Shown here: positions 50,883 to 62,000 of the stretch, in pieces
How positions within the stretch are numbered: position 1 is the stretch's first letter
Layout: every line of letters starts with the position of its first letter
From: Acanthaster planci
Lineage: Eukaryota
Direction: 5' to 3'
DNA: 62,000 bases
Assembly (NCBI RefSeq): GCF_001949145.1
Contig: NW_019091406.1
Location: 372,001 to 434,000, forward strand
Made by a program: the position numbers and the translations under genes
The notes under the pieces: generated by a model
Databases searched by the model: none
Told to the model about the DNA's origin: nothing
What the model saw: the letters and a program-made list of their open reading frames with translations, nothing else

Positions 50883-51629
50883 CTGCACACAGATGAAAAC
50901 ACGGATGTTGTAGCAGAATCACCTTTGAGGTTGTTATCCTTATTCTTACTAGGGTCTCAGTCGGCTACAACACGGAGGAAGGAAAATGGCTACAACAGTT
51001 TCCAAAACTTGCCATGCACACCAGTAACAGTATGATGCTGGCCTACATGTAGGCCTAGTCATGGCCTAGTCAAATCCCTTCCCTTGTCCCGCACTAGGCC
51101 TACTACTACTACTAGTATGACTAGTACATGTATCCCATTTTTAGGGGAGTTCCATCCCCCCCCCAAACTGTGTGGCGTCTGACATCCACCCCGCTCCAAC
51201 CCCACACTGGACCACAGTTTTGGGGGTAGGTGGGGGTACCTCCAGAACTGTGGGGTCCGACGTCCGCTCCACTCGTGGAGTGGACGTCGGGNCGGGGATA
51301 ATGAGTCTCCTGTTCAACTTCAACCAACCTTCACATTTTTTTCAATCATCCCTTCCTTTAAGGAGGGAAGATGCCTGATCTAAGACTTCTGTCAAGTCTG
51401 CAGCCTAACGTTAGGCCTCATGACAGTACTGTCAATGTCAAACACAAGACAAAGTTTACATGTATGTACAACTCTGTGCCAGAAGCGGTGCAGATTTTAA
51501 ATCTTCTCCTCGTGTCATCCACGAAATGAACAAAAAAAATGTCAGTGTAAGAAAAGGAGACGGCTGACCATGAAAGGAAAGTTTGGATGCTAGGGTAGAA
51601 TTAAACCGCCACTTGTTTACCATGTTTAC

Positions 51630-51650
51630 CTTCGCATCAATTTCCTCCAT
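51630..51650 (-). CDS. ASDURF: ASDURF exon 1; full CDS complement(join(48320..48369,48722..48797,50829..50882,51630..51650)), 66 aa prefoldin-like microprotein
   Basis: ATG GAG GAA ATT GAT GCG AAG|GTAAAC (MEEIDAK, like EDLSSK); phase 0 matches exon 2. Confidence 0.75.
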
Positions 51651-51720
51651 AACTTCCGCTCGACTGTGCGGCCCGGATGTGCTAACTTTTGAGGGCGCTG
51701 TTTACTGACGCACGTGCTCT
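51651..51720 (-). promoter_or_regulatory. Putative ASDURF promoter / 5' end
   Basis: CpG-rich; ETS-like CGGAAGT abutting the ATG, CCGGATGT, TGACGCA and CACGTG within 70 bp. Confidence 0.4.
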
Positions 51721-53847
51721 GAACTAGCGGCCGTGTCTTTTTCTTCGGGTTGGCGGAATTTTTGGTGCCACCTGCTCAAAAACGGAGATAATTCGCTTAG
51801 TATTATTTGAAACAATGATAAACCAACTAGGCTCTTGTACATAAACCATTAAATGCCTCCCTGCAGAATAAGCAACAGTTTCGTGGCAGCTTGGTAGGAC
51901 ATGATTGTTATGTTTTTCCTTCATCTCAGCTCCCGCCACCCGGGCCGCCGCGGCGCGCCAGGTCGACCTGATTTGGATCACGACCAGGGGCGTTGCTAGG
52001 ATTTTCTTAGGCCTTCGCAAACTGAACTTGTCCGTTCCGATTGATTCGTAAATTTCTTTCAACCGTTCGACCTTAGACACTATTAGTATCTACCCTCATT
52101 TAGCGATCACTTTGAGTTCTCGCCTTACGTGTCTTACTGTTGAACGATGTTTGGGCCTAATTGAATAAAATCAATTTAAACAAGGTTTGGAAACATTACT
52201 GAATTCAGGCGAAATAGGCCTATGAGGACCATGGTTGAATACTGTTGGAAAGTAGTGTTCAGTATTTTAGTGATCTCTTGTCACCATCCCGATTTTAGTT
52301 TTGCATTTGTGAGTTTGCTATCTCGACTTTGCTCTTGAATTCTCTTGCCCCTGGCAGATTGATAGTGTCGCTTTACACGTAATAAAATGTACATATTGCA
52401 GTGACGTTGACCACTTGTCCATTCACTGTGACGTCTTTCTGTAAGTACCCAAGCTTTTATTGTTGAAAAGACCCTCCACTTTCTCCCACTCGAATCCTTT
52501 TATCGAGAAGTAGGATGAACCTTGTTCTTTAGCGTTTCCCTGGCTGTGGAGTAATTTTATAACCTACACGCTATTTAAATTCTAAAAGTTCAGATTCCGT
52601 GTGCAGTAGACCTACATTAAACCTTCAATGATTCAACTTGATTATCAAGTCAGGATCACTTTACCTGTGTTTTCGATTTTGATACTAATTTGGGTATCAC
52701 CCAGAAAACATTTTTATAATTCACGGCGTTTTCATGTACCTGCACCATTTTTAATTTGGGTTTATTTCTAATTCTGCTGAGGAAATTTGAATGATGCCGC
52801 CGAGTATGGCATGAAAAGATTGATCTGATTACGGAAGCATTGAGCAGGAACCACGGAAATACCACTCTGTGCTTTGTGAATCCTCACTGCACAAGCTACC
52901 GAACATGTCAGCCTCCAGTCCAGCCTCAAGTCTCTCCCTGACGGGAATGTAATGATAAACCCAGTCCAATGATTTTCATCTTTACTGCTTGCACATAATA
53001 GGAATGCCTATCCCAGCATGGATTGCAGCACTAAAGTCAGAGGGTCGGTTGGCTCAACTAATTTCTCTCACAGTTTTAAAGCGGGGAAATTAACAGGCAT
53101 GTAAATTTAGGATATATGGTTGTGGAAGGCGCGAGTGTAATTTCGGACATCTTTGATAAAATAATTCTCTCCTGGTCCGTCCATTCTATTTTGTACGGCA
53201 TGACACCAATTAAACAAACCTAAAGCTCAATTTGCACAATGATTTTATTTATTTTGGTCAAAAAAGTCAACCAATCTGACAATTAATCTTGCTTTCTACT
53301 AACAACGTCCTGATACGTGGCTTGTGAATCTTTACATGAAATGCCCCTATTCCCGATGCTAGAGTTTTTTGCTTCAGCACTGGATGGTATTCACTCCAGT
53401 CTGTGGATGGAGTTGTATGTTGGCACTTGTATTCAGACTGAGCCAGAATCCTGTATCGAGCCAGGTCACAGTTTCTGCTGGTTACAAGTGTGCCTGGGCC
53501 AATCAATGATGACCACTGATGAAGCCGTAGCTTGAGAAGCCTATTTCAGACACGGACTTCGCTGTTTTGAGCTTCCCTCAATACCACCTGGATTTTTCCT
53601 CCAACGTCTCAGACCGACATTCCATTATTGTCCCTGGAATGATTCCCGCCTAACAAACCCAGAGAAGCTGAAGTCTCCCTGGCCCGGTACCAGGAATAAA
53701 TAAATACCCGGAGCTTCCCAACAGCTAATTTGAATATGAAATACCGTCAAAGTGGACGATTTTCTTCACAAAATAATTGGAGTACTGGGTGCAGACCATT
53801 TCAAGACTGCCCCCTTGGCCAAAAAACAACATCCTGGATGATTGTTT

Positions 53848-54041
53848 TCACTTCTCTATGATCCCATATTCTCGGATCTTGTTGAAGAAAAAGCGTTCAA
53901 GCGTGTTGGCGCACTTGACGTATTCTGTGTCGGCCGCGTTGTACGCCCGGCAATTGCTGAAGATCCGCTGCATGTCAGCTATAAATAGTTTCTTGGAGCA
54001 GTAGTACTTGTTCTTCAACCTCTCTGTCATGGTCTTCAAAT
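53848..54041 (-). CDS. KAT2A: Histone acetyltransferase KAT2 (GCN5/PCAF), terminal exon (bromodomain)
   Basis: (D)LKTMTERLKNKYYCSKKLFIADMQRIFSNCRAYNAADTEYVKCANTLERFFFNKIREYGIIEK*. Confidence 0.96.
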
Positions 54042-54730
54042 CTAAATCAAAAGGGAAAAATGACGGCAATCAGCAAAGTCTCAAATCAAAAATTTAGGGG
54101 GGGGAAAAGTTTAACAACTGCAATAAGCAGTCAACATTACAAGTGAAAGGGTCACGTATTATTTACGCTGTTGATAACATTTTAGAGATGAAAATCTTCC
54201 ACTATTTCCTGTCAACTTGATGAACTTAATCCATGATTAATGACCATGCAAAATAGGTCTTTGCAATTCAGGCCATGGCGCTCGATGACAAATGATAAAT
54301 ACTTCAGGGCAATTGGAAGGAGGTAAGCTTCAACTTTCCAGTATTTCTCCCACGGGAGACGTATTAACGCATTAATGTAGTGCACTGTGAGTGACCACTT
54401 TTTCTGTGCATTGACCCTCGGATGCGTTCTGCTTATGCAAAGTTATTGCATTTGTTTATGCATATTGTCCTTAGCTGCTCTGGCCAGCCACATCCAAAAC
54501 CAACCAGCAGCGGCTGGGAGCAACACGTGCATCTATGAGAGGTAGCCGCAGCCACTAGCCAGTAAGCCCAGGGGTTATTTCTAGCCACTGCACAACTATC
54601 CCCAGTAGATTCGATCGCCATCACCACCTCGCAGCATCACGTGACGGCCTTCCAATACCTCCTTACTGTCTTCATAGCAACCGTGCTGACAGGGATCTAC
54701 CCACAATGCAACCCTTCGACAGAAACTCAC

Positions 54731-54815
54731 CCATTGGATACTTGATGTGATCGTAGTAGTCTGGTGCCTCAATGACCTCCACGGGCTTCAGGAAGGGCCA
54801 AGCACTGGTGTGGTT
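54731..54815 (-). CDS. KAT2A: KAT2 exon (bromodomain WPF)
   Basis: [28 protein letters not shown]; phase 0-1. Confidence 0.95.
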
Positions 54816-55086
54816 CTACCATAACAGAAAAATAATGCAGTCATCAATATTCAGCGAGCACAATTTCTACAGGCAAGCATTCTTACCACCGACGGTAGGC
54901 TTGAGTTCATTCCTAGATCCACAAAAACTGTCTCTCAGGAATACATGAACAGCAGATCAATAAAAGGTAATCTGTCGTGAAACAACTTGGACAAGATTGC
55001 AAGAAGTCAAATCCTGTAACTAATTTACAAATAAAGTCTACGTGTATTGTTTATCCCTGGCGGGGATCCCATGCAAAGGGCTCATC

Positions 55087-55308
55087 AGATTTCACGGCGC
55101 TGCTTACCGCTAGCGAAAAATCGGCACTTACCACAGCAGAAAATTCTGCGCTTACGCTGAACGTATTTCACAGGTAAGCGAGGAATTTTGGCTGGTGTGC
55201 ATGCGTACATCCTGCAACTAAGGATTCTGTGCTTAAAGGGTTGGTACAAAATGGGAGACCGTAAGCGCGGAATTCTGCGGTAAGCAGCGCCATGAAATCG
55301 GGTCCTGA
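55087..55308. mobile_element. MITE-like element
   Basis: GATTTCACGGCGCTGCTTACCGC mirrored by GCGGTAAGCAGCGCCATGAAATC; related GCTTAC/GTAAGC-rich fragments near 16400-16540 and 61100-61290. Confidence 0.65.
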
Positions 55309-55664
55309 TATCAATCCATAAAAGAATTACTGCTTTGTGACCTCAAAACTTGCTTATCCATTTTTCAGGATAAATAAACCCATTCCGCAAAGGTAAATCT
55401 ACAACTCCGCAAAACAAACTGATCGTAATTCTCCCAACCAAAATATGTGACCCAAAAATCTGAGAAACTCCAGAAACTGAAATTTTTCACAATGTGTCTT
55501 TCATTTCCCCTCCTTCAAAAAGTTTGTGAAAAAAAAACAACCTAAAATGTAGCCTTGCCCCTCAGAAAGGCCATAAAAGGTTGCATATAAAAAAATATTC
55601 AAAAACCTCTCCCCCCCCCGAAATTTGGTTCTGGATCCACCCTTGTTTAGGTGTCTCATCTTAC

Positions 55665-55774
55665 CTTGGTCGCAGTCAGTACTGTCTTGAACAGCTGGAG
55701 CACTTGCTCTTCGCTCATGTTGGACAGCTTGGTGGGCGGCGGTTTCTCCTTGGGAGGCCTCCAGCCTGCCTCAA
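55665..55774 (-). CDS. KAT2A: KAT2 exon
   Basis: (V)EAGWRPPKEKPPPTKLSNMSEEQVLQLFKTVLTATK; phase 1-0. Confidence 0.9.
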
Positions 55775-55912
55775 CTGAAAAGAGAAAGGTTTTTCTTGTG
55801 CTTGATTCCTGGCTGTCTTTTCTGAGGCACACACACCAGCTTAGAAAAATTATCTGCTAAGCAAGCCTGCTCAAATCTGCCTCTGGATGTTAAGGTATTG
55901 AGGCTGGCTTAC

Positions 55913-56027
55913 CGAGGCCAGGGATGCTCTCCAAGGGTATCTGCCTCACTCCTTCCTTGAAGCAGGTCAGCCCCGGGTACACCTTACGTACCTCCTCTTG
56001 TTTCCGTTCTATCAGCTTCTTGACAAT
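55913..56027 (-). CDS. KAT2A: KAT2 exon (ADA2-interacting region)
   Basis: [38 protein letters not shown]; phase 0-1. Confidence 0.95.
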
Positions 56028-56777
56028 CTAAAAAAACATAAACAGTATCCAGAGTGGTTAGGCCAAGTAAGATTTTCACATTTTTATCGCCAGGGTTTTT
56101 TAATAAAGTAGGGCTTGGGGCTTTTTTTAATTTTCTCGGTGGCCGCAATTTTCAAACAAATTTTTAACAACTGTTGGTGTTTCCACAGGTAAGACACAGT
56201 AAACATGTTAAAAAGACAAGCTGGATAAAAGGACTGAATATATTTACAGTGGTTTTGATAGTTTCTTAGCAATTTTTTTGGTACAATTTTGAATAAAATT
56301 TTTTTAAGCACCCTCCAAAAACAGATTTGGATGCAGCCTTTTTAGAACTGATAAATTTTTGTTCCAGTCTAGTCTGTCAAATCAGGACCCTAACTGGAAA
56401 TAATGCCCCCCTCTAAGGGCTGAGATTGGCAGAAAATGAAATGTCCATGAAATAACTACCAATGGTTTTAAGTGCCCCACAAAACCATAGGGCCTATGGT
56501 ATACATTTATGTTTGCCTGAAGACACCCCTTAAAGTATCCATTTCTTGTGTGCTCTATCAATTTTCATGTTACAAACACCTTAATGGTAAACTCTGGATG
56601 TTCCAGATTTTGAAAGCGATTGTTTGAAAAATATCGGAATTAGTCAAATCTGATGAAAAAATCCTGAACTCAGGAAAAATCCTAACAAATCTCGACCTTG
56701 CCTCTTACAATTAACAAACCAATGCACCTCTTCTTTCCAAAATGTATACAATATTCAGATCGTGGTTATTATGTTCA

Positions 56778-56999
<222 letters not shown>

Positions 57000-57210
57000 T
57001 CACGAAAAGTGCATGCGGGAAAACTTTGAACGGGACTCAACAACACAGAAGGTTCTTAAAAATTCTGGAAGTCTTTAGGAAGAACCATCGATAATATTAA
57101 GCGCTTGGATTGCACTTTATCACCCACGCTCACGACCAACAGACCAGTTTTTCTGCAACAGCTTGAAATTAGCATCACTTGATCTTCACCCTCATATGTA
57201 TCCATTTTTA

Positions 57211-57573
<363 letters not shown>

Positions 57574-57832
57574 TCAATCAACTGATCAGCCCATTAAACA
57601 AGAGGTACTCCGCGAAACCTCTGAAATCTCATAAAACCTCAAGGTAAACTCTGAGTAACCCTTCCACTTACCTCCTGTTTCATTTTGCATTCTTCCCGCA
57701 TCTATTCACCCTCTATACTGAACTAGTCAACAAAACTGCTGCGTGAACTTTGAGGCTTCCTTCCAGAGGATGCAAGAAGGTAGCCAATTACTTCAACCAA
57801 ATATCTCAACCATTCCATGTACATTATAGTTA

Positions 57833-58187
57833 ATAAATAATAATAAAAACCATTTGTAAAGTGCCATCTATCGAGTAAACTATTCCGAGGCGCTGTAATA
57901 TCATTATCTCTGCACATTGGGCTCACACATCATCTAAACATTCCTAAAACCATCTTAGCTCCTTGGGGAGTACACTAGCCCGGTGCTGCCATTTCAGTGC
58001 AAATGGCCAAACATTAAACATACCCGTGTCTGCCCTCACAGGTACCAATTTACTCCTGGGTAAAGAGAGGCACACAGGGGTTAAGTGACTTGCTCAAGAT
58101 CACAACTTGCTGCCACCAGTTGGATTCAAACCCCTGACCCGATGATCAGAAGCTACAAACCCTAATTACTAGGCCACATGCCTCCCA
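57833..58187 (-). mobile_element. tRNA-derived SINE (family B)
   Basis: Homologous to 19647-20018 (TGCCCTCACAGGTACCAATTTACTCCTGGGTAAAGAGAGGCA...TTGCTCAAG...GGATTCAAACC). Confidence 0.7.
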
Positions 58188-58408
58188 CAAAGTTTCCACA
58201 GATGAAGGTAAACACAAAATTAGAACAAAGCTAGGCACAAATTGAAAGATGCAAGTGGACAACATACTCGGCAATTACGGTTTCGCAACAAATTAATCCA
58301 TTTCATAGTGTCATTTGATTCAATGTTTATATAATTAACCTTGCATAAACAATTTCTACGAGCAAAAACAAATTGGAGTTTGATTCTGGGTACATTTTGA
58401 GAGAGTTA

Positions 58409-58789
<381 letters not shown>

Positions 58790-59071
58790 TCAACAGCTCT
58801 CCAGGGCTTACATTGGGACCAAGTTGCCTCGACAGAAAGTTGGCGCATTTGGTATGAGAACTCACGATAAACTGGCCCACAATGTTTCATCAGCGATACG
58901 AAAACAAGCAAGTGTGTTACTTGTCTGTTTCATAGCCTTACTTGTTGAAACAGCTCACAGACACACCAAGCTCAAGAGAATTTGATTTGAACACTTCAGC
59001 TGTAAACATGGACAAGTGCAGCTCGTCTTTGGTCCCTTTTCAAAATAAAATTGGAAAAATCTTTGGCATAC

Positions 59072-59145
59072 CTCTGGGCCCACCATGGCAGCAGGATCGG
59101 TGATTGTTGACAGCACCTCGCTCACAACCTTCATTGGAATATCAT
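59072..59145 (-). CDS. KAT2A: KAT2 exon
   Basis: (D)DIPMKVVSEVLSTITDPAAMVGPE; phase 1-0. Confidence 0.93.
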
Positions 59146-59529
59146 CTATGGGCGAAATGTTCACAAAACTTTCAAATTTATGTGACAGAAAACAACTTTT
59201 TGATGAGAACTGCACAAAAGGAAATTTGAACAAGTGACGAAAAGAACACAAGCTTGCACTTTCCCTTTGTTAAAAACTATGAACAAATAAGTTTATTATA
59301 TCAAAAACGCTCCTAAAAAAATTAATAACATCAAATTGTGTAGTACATTGTATTTAATTTCCAGATATTTTCTTCTCTTGATTACAACTTCAACTCTTAA
59401 CCTACAAACCTCTTAAAGTTCAGCCAAGTAAGAGTGAATGCATTCATTTACTTTCATTTTATTTGTGTACGTTTTATTGTCTCACAGACAACAACATTCT
59501 GAAAATATCATGAAGTTGACTTTCTTTAC

Positions 59530-59598
59530 CTTCTAGAAGTCTCTGCCTTTTCGCATCTTCGATTGTCTCTGAGTCATCTGACTTTCTTTTCTCTGACC
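59530..59598 (-). CDS. KAT2A: KAT2 exon (basic, NLS-like)
   Basis: (G)SEKRKSDDSETIEDAKRQRLLE; phase 1-1; like GEKRK...EAKK.RV. Confidence 0.88.
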
Positions 59599-59808
59599 CT
59601 AAAATGAAAAAAATTTGATAAGAATGCACAAAAGTTCTCAGGCTTAGATAGATGAGGTCCGGACTACCAAGCCACAACTGCAGAGTTCCTGCATAACTAT
59701 ATTTATTTAGGACAAATGAACAGGATGACGACTTGACCAACCTTTGATTTAAAAAAATCCTATCACATAAACGGTTTTGACTTGCATGGTGCATATTAAA
59801 ACCCCATG

Positions 59809-59985
59809 TCTGTGTTACAGTCAAGACCGTCATCCGACCAGTTGCTCGTAATGGGGCAAACAATGACAAAGGAATGCTTTTGATGCAATTCATTTGAATA
59901 GCTTGTGACTTGAATTCACACCAGAGATCTTTTGTTGGTCTTGTGGGGTTTTGTGATGGTCTTAAGTGATCTCAGCTACAACAAC
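59809..59985. mobile_element. Degenerate copy of the 12830-13020 hAT MITE
   Basis: GACAAAGGAATGCTTTTGATGCAATTCATTTGAATAGCTTGTGACTTG...GGTCTTAAGTGATCTCAGCTACAACA. Confidence 0.6.
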
Positions 59986-60108
59986 GCCCCGTGCAAAGTA
60001 ACAGCATCTGCCCTCCTAGATTTTTCAGGATCTGCAAGGTCTAGAGTGAGTGAGTGGTATGCAAGCACACAGTAAAGCCTCAGTTTTGACCAATTGTCTT
60101 GTCGGTAC

Positions 60109-60288
60109 CTTTGTCCGTAGCTGCGTCCTCCGTATCTCCATTCTTCCCTGTCTTCTTGCTACTGACCAGGCCGGGACTGAGGTTGAACGAGGTACTGCTG
60201 TCGGTGGATGAGGCTGTGGTTGCTGTCGTAGTGCGTCCTGCAGCTATCGCACCAGTGGACGTTGTATTTGCAACTGCTGTGGGACTCG
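60109..60288 (-). CDS. KAT2A: KAT2 exon (Ser/Thr-rich linker)
   Basis: tttcacAG|(A)SPTAVANTTSTG...SFNLSPGLVSSKKTGKNGDTEDAATDK|GTACCG; phase 1-1. Confidence 0.7.
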
Positions 60289-60680
60289 CTGTGAAAGGAG
60301 GTACCACCCCCCCAACAAGTTTGAAACAGATGTTTTCCAATCTTAACTCCAGGGTCCTTACAGTAACATGAGATGGACGCTATATGCGCTGACCAAAAAT
60401 CTTAACTACTTAAAAATGCTATATATTAGCACAGACTCGTAATAGTTAGCAAAGCATACAAATTTGACCCTATCGTTCTGATGGGCATGCTCAAAACATT
60501 TATATTTTTTAAGATACAACTTGAGCATGTATGCGACCAGGATCACCTCTGATCTTCGACACCTTGTTAGAATCACGTTACTCTAGCAACAAGGCTGAAG
60601 GCTGAAAAAAAAAAGAGAGAAAAACCCCACAAAAGCATTCACGCTCTCCAAAGCAAAAGGTGTCAGAAGCGTCAACCTAC

Positions 60681-60799
60681 CGTTGTCGGGTGTCGGGGAG
60701 GTGGCTGGGAGAGGCATACTGCCAGGCATAGGGGAGAAGTCGGGGTCCCAGATCGGTGAATTTGGGCCGTAGACCTCCTCTTCCAACATGGACAAAAAC
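60681..60799 (-). CDS. KAT2A: KAT2 exon (end of PCAF-N region)
   Basis: (R)FLSMLEEEVYGPNSPIWDPDFSPMPGSMPLPATSPTPDN; phase 2-1. Confidence 0.94.
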
Positions 60800-61315
60800 C
60801 TGGACATGCACAAACACAGAGATGAGGTATGACATTCATAAGACAAGGGTGAAGGTTTCTGGTCAATGTCCCAAGTGCCTGTCCAACCTTTCCATGGCCA
60901 ACAAAATGCAAACTTTATTACTTCACAGCCGGAGTGCTTCTTATTATCAGCACTGTAAGCATGCTTTACCGCAGAATGGATGTCCACTGATATTTTTAAA
61001 TACTGAAACAAATTACAAAGTTCAAACGTTTTCCTACAAAGTGATGCCAAAAATGTAAAAAAAAACCTCCTGAATCCAAGTAACTTGTGGTGAAATTACA
61101 TGTATGTGGGCTCAGTCGCATGTAAGCTCATTTACTAATGGACAATAATTTACTCCAGCACAAAAATCTAATGCTTATTCTGCACGAATGGTAAGCAAAC
61201 TTCACTGAGGGTTCTACGCTTACAAAGTTTACCCACAGTTTCTGTGCTAAAACTGTAAGCACAGAATGGCGATCATAAGCGCAGAATTTTGCGGCTAGCT
61301 CTCTTGAAAACTAAC

Positions 61316-61507
61316 CTTGGAAAGTGAGTCAGCACCAGGGTACGCTTCTCGGGGGGCATCTTGTCCTTTTCAGCCCGAAACTTGTCCAGTAGCTGCCGCC
61401 GCATCACAGTGAAGACTGACCGCAGGAGTGAGCGGCCAAAGATATGGGTGGTCTCGTAGCGGGGCAGGCTGTCGCAGAACGTCGGCACGTGGCAGTAGCA
61501 CAACCAC
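61316..61507 (-). CDS. KAT2A: KAT2 exon (PCAF-N domain); gene continues beyond the window
   Basis: (R)WLCYCHVPTFCDSLPRYETTHIFGRSLLRSVFTVMRRQLLDKFRAEKDKMPPEKRTLVLTHFP(R). Confidence 0.96.
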
Positions 61508-62000
61508 CTGAGGCAGTGACGCAAGTAAGCAATGCAATCAACAACGAGGGGCGGAAGTGACCGCAAGTGACCGCAAGGAAATAATGTTAAACGTCCCGAA
61601 GAGAAGATGAGGTTTCCGGAATGGACTCAAAAGCTAAGAAGCAGGAGTACTAGTGTTGTACCTTGAGCCCCCCAAAATAATGGACGTTTAATTTTATACT
61701 ACGCTTGAATAAATTCCCATCGTCTGATGGTGAGGGTCGATCACATTCACGGCGACTACTTGATAATCACCAGTTGATAGAACATTGTTCTATCCAGTAG
61801 GTACGGACCACATTAATGGCCGCGCAATAATGTAGTTCATCAAGCAAACAGACGATAGCAATAAACACAAAGCAGTCTTCTTTCTCAGACATGAAAGTTC
61901 TGATCTCTTAGGATCTGTTTCTTTCACATGGATCTGGATCTCAATCAGTAATCCCAATGCTGGTTCACACCATCCATTAGGTGGGTTCTGGAGTCGGTGA

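Noticed and set aside
51724..52080. 118-aa minus-strand ORF upstream of ASDURF
   Set aside because: Non-ATG start, no recognisable homology, and it lies in CpG-rich promoter-like sequence with a repeat-like terminus (CAGGGGCGTTGCTAGG)

Overview
Intron-rich animal genomic DNA, probably an invertebrate bilaterian (inferred from gene content, spliceosomal introns, SINEs and MITEs), with assembly gaps at 1-101, 42566-43287 and 49002-49067. I reconstructed six protein-coding genes by reading splice sites and phases by hand. (1) The 3' end of BLOC1S1/GCN5L1 (+, 1601-1803). (2) A complete PYM1/wibg (-, 3 exons, 204 aa). (3) A complete NRAMP/SLC11 (DMT1/Malvolio-like) metal transporter (+, 15 coding exons, 14914-37661, 614 aa), with two candidate in-frame microexons. 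(4) A single-exon RING/B-box/B-box/coiled-coil TRIM gene (+, 46428-47633). (5) A 4-exon, 66-aa ASDURF microprotein gene (-, 48320-51650) that the ORF track misses, with no recognisable ASNSD1 ORF downstream. (6) The 3' 12 exons of KAT2/GCN5/PCAF (-, 53848-61507), including two consecutive GC-AG introns. Introns carry hAT, Tc1/mariner, Harbinger-like and TTAA-flanked MITEs, tRNA-derived SINEs and tandem repeats. The most notable signals are the apparently stand-alone ASDURF gene and a cluster of about nine GG(A/G)AAGA(G/A)TTCCAT motifs around the divergent PYM1/SLC11 upstream region. Gene identities rest on recalled protein motifs, not database searches.
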